Below, one piece after another: positions 60,822 to 64,000 of a DNA stretch of 64,000 nt; position 1 is the stretch's first letter, and each line of letters opens with the position of its first letter. Source of the stretch: Escherichia phage vB_EcoM_G17. The notes beneath the pieces were generated by a model. It had not been told where the DNA came from. It saw only the letters and a program-made list of their open reading frames with translations, and ran no database searches. The position numbers were made by a program, and so were the translations under genes. The stretch lies in sequence record MK327931.1; one strand, written 5' to 3'.

Positions 60822-61161
60822 TTAGAAAATCCTGTAAAGATGTAGTAGACATTGGACTATCAGCACCATCATACCACAGTGATGTATATGGCTGAACTGA
60901 ACTAATATCAATACAGAATCCTTCACGCTCACATTTTCGAGCGAATTCTTCAGTAGTTAGTTTGTTACCAAAAGAAATCTCAAATTCATAACTAGACATA
61001 TCAATATCAGTACTGTAAATCAATGCACCATCATATGTAATATGGAGTTTAGAATCTGCGTCAAAAAGACGATCTGAAATAGCTTCATAATCATCTTCAG
61101 GAACTGCTTCAATAAGACGTGCCATTAGTCCAGATGTTACGCGGTAATCACTCATGTTCAA
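60802..61161 (-). CDS. Hypothetical protein (119 aa)
   Basis: ORF. Confidence 0.45.
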   Translation of the reverse strand: MNMSDYRVTSGLMARLIEAVPEDDYEAISDRLFDADSKLHITYDGALIYSTDIDMSSYEFEISFGNKLTTEEFARKCEREGFCIDISSVQPYTSLWYDGADSPMSTTSLQDFLNANQKD

Positions 61162-61167
61162 CCTCTT

Positions 61168-61815
61168 TTATTTTTCAATTTTATCAATCATAGAAGGTGA
61201 TACTTTAACATTGAATTCAGAATCAGGAAAATCTTTAGAAAATGATTCATTTTGTTCTTGTGAAAGTTCTTTTTTCGGTGGAAATAACATTTTGGCTAAA
61301 TTTTTACCACATTCAATTGCTTCATCATATGACATATTTTCCCATGTTTCATGCCAAGTATTAGGATCATATTCTGTCAGTACTGAAATGAAATCAATAT
61401 CATCAGATGTATAACAAACAGCATGTTGATTAGAGAATTGTGTTGATTTATTTTTACCTAATAAAACAATTGGCTTTTCATAAGGAATGTTAAATACCAA
61501 CCCATATTCTAAGCTAAGAACAGTTTGAATATGTGAACCCTCCAATTTTGGAGTAATAGTACCATCCTTAAAGAAAATTTGCACATGACCCAAGAGGGGG
61601 GTTTCGTATGGTGTAAGTACATTTTCAGAAACTGATGTAGGTTTTACCGTTGTGAAAATACCAGATGGTGTAACCATTAATCTATTATCAAAATTCTGAT
61701 AATGCAAGTCACTCTCTGCATCATAATGATAAATTTCTAGATTTGGTTGAGATAGTAGTAATTTTGCTAACTCATGCGATTTCATATTATTTCTCCAAAA
61801 GAAAAGGAGAGTCAT
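61168..61815 (-). CDS. Hypothetical protein (215 aa), paralog of 59848-60432
   Basis: See paralog entry; AAGGAGAG SD. Confidence 0.55.
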   Translation of the reverse strand: MTLLFFWRNNMKSHELAKLLLSQPNLEIYHYDAESDLHYQNFDNRLMVTPSGIFTTVKPTSVSENVLTPYETPLLGHVQIFFKDGTITPKLEGSHIQTVLSLEYGLVFNIPYEKPIVLLGKNKSTQFSNQHAVCYTSDDIDFISVLTEYDPNTWHETWENMSYDEAIECGKNLAKMLFPPKKELSQEQNESFSKDFPDSEFNVKVSPSMIDKIEK

Positions 61816-61833
61816 AGCGACTCTCCATATAGT

Positions 61834-62274
61834 TTATTGTAAAACTTTAAGTTTGTAAAGTGTTCCTTCAACAAAACTCATAATATCTTCTAATGTGTTT
61901 ACACTGCCGTAATCACCCGATTCTTCAAGCATATCATGAATTGCTCTGCATTGCTCAACATATTCTTCAAGAATTGGTACACAATCTTCAATTGGTGTAA
62001 AACGATAACTATTACCAGTCCCAACTTGCAAAGCACCACGATTATTCATGATACCTTCAACAAATGCGTCTACATATTCTGGTAATTCTTTATATAGTTC
62101 ATCTAATTGTAAATGCTTTGTATAAAAATGACATTGTAAGTGCCAGTTATGTGCAGCAGAACTTAAAAACAAACTATTTTCAATAAAAGTTAATAGTACT
62201 TCATCATATGAATTATCTTCTTCAGTACTTCCGATAAAGTCCATTACGTGTCGTAAATCATTAATATCTTCCAT
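61834..62274 (-). CDS. Dps/ferritin-like four-helix-bundle protein candidate
   Basis: AHNWHLQCHFYTKHLQLDELYKELPEYVD resembles Dps helix A-B (HW...G..F...H..L.E.....E..D); C-terminal D....L.D.......L motif. Confidence 0.45.
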   Translation of the reverse strand: MEDINDLRHVMDFIGSTEEDNSYDEVLLTFIENSLFLSSAAHNWHLQCHFYTKHLQLDELYKELPEYVDAFVEGIMNNRGALQVGTGNSYRFTPIEDCVPILEEYVEQCRAIHDMLEESGDYGSVNTLEDIMSFVEGTLYKLKVLQ

Positions 62275-62306
62275 AATATCTCTCCTTAGAGTTATTCTCT
62301 TATTAT

Positions 62307-62735
62307 TTAGTTAATAATAAAGGTAATTTCAGGATTCATTTCCGAAACTGCATTGCGTTTACTTCTATCCCATAGTATTCTGTTATTATACAAAGAAGAA
62401 TCACATACTACAAGTAAGCAATTTCTTAATCTACTTACAGTACTTTGATTATTTAAATCAGTTTCTGAAATAAAAAATACATTTTCAGGAACTACTAAAG
62501 GAATAGATTTATCAAAAAACAAAACTACAATAGGTCTTGTTGTATGAACTGATTTAACGAAATCCAAAATACTATTATAAAAATTAGTTTCTTTAGTAAT
62601 TACTGACGGATCTTTAATTCTTTTCAAATATTGCTGTGGTAATTGATGTTCGTCTTTTATCTGAAACTCAAAATATTCTTTGAATAACATTTGTGTTAAT
62701 TCGGATTTATCGGATATTTTCGTTGTGTTACTCAT
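62307..62735 (-). CDS. Hypothetical protein (142 aa)
   Basis: ORF. Confidence 0.5.
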   Translation of the reverse strand: MSNTTKISDKSELTQMLFKEYFEFQIKDEHQLPQQYLKRIKDPSVITKETNFYNSILDFVKSVHTTRPIVVLFFDKSIPLVVPENVFFISETDLNNQSTVSRLRNCLLVVCDSSLYNNRILWDRSKRNAVSEMNPEITFIIN

Positions 62736-63425
62736 TCACTTCGTTCTCTCGTAACTCAAGAAGTCACTGCGTTTACTTCGTAAACTAGTTCCTTCTGAAA
62801 ATGATAATGTACTTTAAAAACTTGACGGGATTTGTTGAGGACTATTACATCCCCCCGCAGGGGAATGAAGGTAATAAAAAAGAGACAATTAAGTCTCTCT
62901 TGACGATGATGGCATCGGATATTATCGAATTGCGAATTTCTCAAATTTTGGACGGATCTTTCTTGTACCAAAATTTAGAGAGCGAAAGCGGGTTGCTCGG
63001 TTTCTCTCTATCGCAGTCATATGCAACGGTCGCTGGTCTTTTCATCAACAGCACTCAGTACTAACTCTATTCGATCAAAGTAGTACTTGTTCTCAAATTT
63101 TGGACGCAACTTTCTTGTAAAAATTGCGTCCGCTATTCTTGAACTCCCTTAGCAAATCTGGTAAGGTGCGAACCTTATACATCTATCTAGGAACTCTCTG
63201 TATGCTTATCGGAGTTCTTTATACAGCCGTGTCGCCGTGATTCGTGGTCTTACATCGTGTTTGTTTGAATGCCAGTACTCTAACAGGTTTCTTCTGCTGT
63301 TCGCTACAACGGTAAAGCTCATCTATCCTTTACATTTTCAAGAGAAGTAGGTTCTCAGTGTCCATTTTTCAATGTCCGTTGTCATTTTCTATATACATTA
63401 TATCATTGGAACATATAATGTCCCA
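62736..63425. other. ORF-free structured region with duplicated 30-nt motif; candidate ncRNA or regulatory region
   Basis: About 690 bp without a convincing ORF; visibly more G+C than the flanks; 17+10-nt direct repeat TTCTCAAATTTTGGACG-nnn-CTTTCTTGTA at 62938-62970 and 63089-63120; perfect hairpins including CCCC-CGCA-GGGG (62851), AGAGAC-AATTAA-GTCTCT (62881), GGACGCAA/TTGCGTCC (63102-63131) and TAAGGT-GCGA-ACCTTA (63160). Confidence 0.3.
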
Positions 63426-63902
63426 TTACATGTATACTTTTTTTAAATCCTTAGAACAACGATCAAAAATTGTGTTTATGAATTCAACATCTTCGATAAT
63501 ATTCGAATCGTTAGCAACATTTTCATTTCTTGTCGTGTTCCTATATGTGTGTTCAGGATGATTGTATACCACCTTGACTACATTATTTAGGTCTATAAAA
63601 TTTGACGTTTTTTGCGTATAGGAAGCCTGAAGCTTGATGAGTTTACCATCATTCTCAAGATTGGTTTTATGAATTAGTTCTTCAATGCCAGTTAAATGGC
63701 TATAGCTATCTTTTTCTTTTACAAAAGTAATAGTAACAAGAACTGCTTTCTCATCTCCCATATCGGAAATGTTTTTTACAGCACTGATAATTTCTAAGTT
63801 TGAAAAATCTAATTCTTTAAGCATTTTACAAATATTTCCACAAAGTTCGATAAGTGATAATTTCTTCTCTGGTAACAGAAACTTCATTGCACTTAACACC
63901 AT
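63426..63902 (-). CDS. Hypothetical protein (158 aa); start uncertain
   Basis: ORF; an overlapping 54-codon ORF in another frame begins at about 63987, so the true start and upstream context are unclear. Confidence 0.45.
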   Translation of the reverse strand: MVLSAMKFLLPEKKLSLIELCGNICKMLKELDFSNLEIISAVKNISDMGDEKAVLVTITFVKEKDSYSHLTGIEELIHKTNLENDGKLIKLQASYTQKTSNFIDLNNVVKVVYNHPEHTYRNTTRNENVANDSNIIEDVEFINTIFDRCSKDLKKVYM

Positions 63903-64000
63903 CAGTTTCAGTACTGAATGGTTGTACTGGTCTATCTTCTGTTAAACCTCGTTCATAAGTACAATGATAAAACTTATTTGTGCTCATGTCAAGAAATACG

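Noticed and set aside
62756-63064. Track ORFs 62801-63064 (+, 87 aa) and 62756-62971 (-, 71 aa) in the ORF-free region
   Set aside because: No ribosome-binding site and atypical composition, and they overlap the hairpin and repeat elements; treated as non-coding.
63190-63230. T4 MotA-box-like ATGCTTA followed by TATACA on the plus strand
   Set aside because: There is no plus-strand gene downstream and the match is short; considered coincidental in AT-rich DNA.
62736-63425. tRNA genes in the structured intergenic region
   Set aside because: Neither strand gave a convincing T-arm (GTTCRANYC between a 5-bp stem) or D-arm signature; the TAAGGT-GCGA-ACCTTA element is a simple tetraloop hairpin. 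Left as a candidate ncRNA; a tRNA is not excluded without a covariance-model scan.

Overview
The window reads as one contiguous piece of a large, AT-rich (roughly 35% GC by eye) tailed-phage genome, most likely a big myovirus of a Gram-negative host; no rRNA, CRISPR array, integrase or transposase was recognised. All calls are by-eye motif recognition on the supplied ORF track, with no database search run. Layout: (1) 27-9926, a giant 3299-aa ORF of unknown function, converging on a ClpA-like two-domain AAA+ unfoldase (9964-12252). (2) 12.3-30.8 kb, a mostly plus-strand structural/receptor-binding block: two uncharacterised proteins, a Nudix hydrolase, a collagen-like fibre protein, two fibre/spike genes sharing an N-terminal module (one with beta-helix character), an 1841-aa fibre with two families of intragenic tandem repeats, and a further 654-aa fibre. 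(3) 30.8-36.2 kb, a minus-strand operon: MoxR-like AAA+ ATPase, VWA protein with an HExxH domain, two small proteins, a SLOG-like protein translationally coupled to thymidylate synthase, driven by tandem near-consensus sigma70-type promoters. (4) 36.5-47.7 kb, a minus-strand virion block: tail sheath, two paralogous tube-like proteins and about ten uncharacterised proteins, including acidic ones. (5) 47.7-64 kb, a dense minus-strand array of small early-type genes containing dNMP kinase, macro domain, glutaredoxin, a second Nudix, CCA-adding tRNA nucleotidyltransferase, LysM-lysozyme, and candidate HPF/RaiA, PTH2-like, 2H-phosphoesterase-like and Dps-like proteins. The most interesting hypothesis is a phage-borne suite acting on the host translation apparatus and tRNA (HPF + PTH2-like + CCA enzyme + 2H phosphoesterase), alongside the phage ClpA, the MoxR-VWA pair, and a ~690-bp ORF-free structured region (62.7-63.4 kb) with a duplicated 30-nt motif. 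Several track ORFs start on TTG/GTG and were trimmed to the first ATG with a Shine-Dalgarno; printed positions around 45-47.7 kb appeared off by one against the track, so track coordinates were used.
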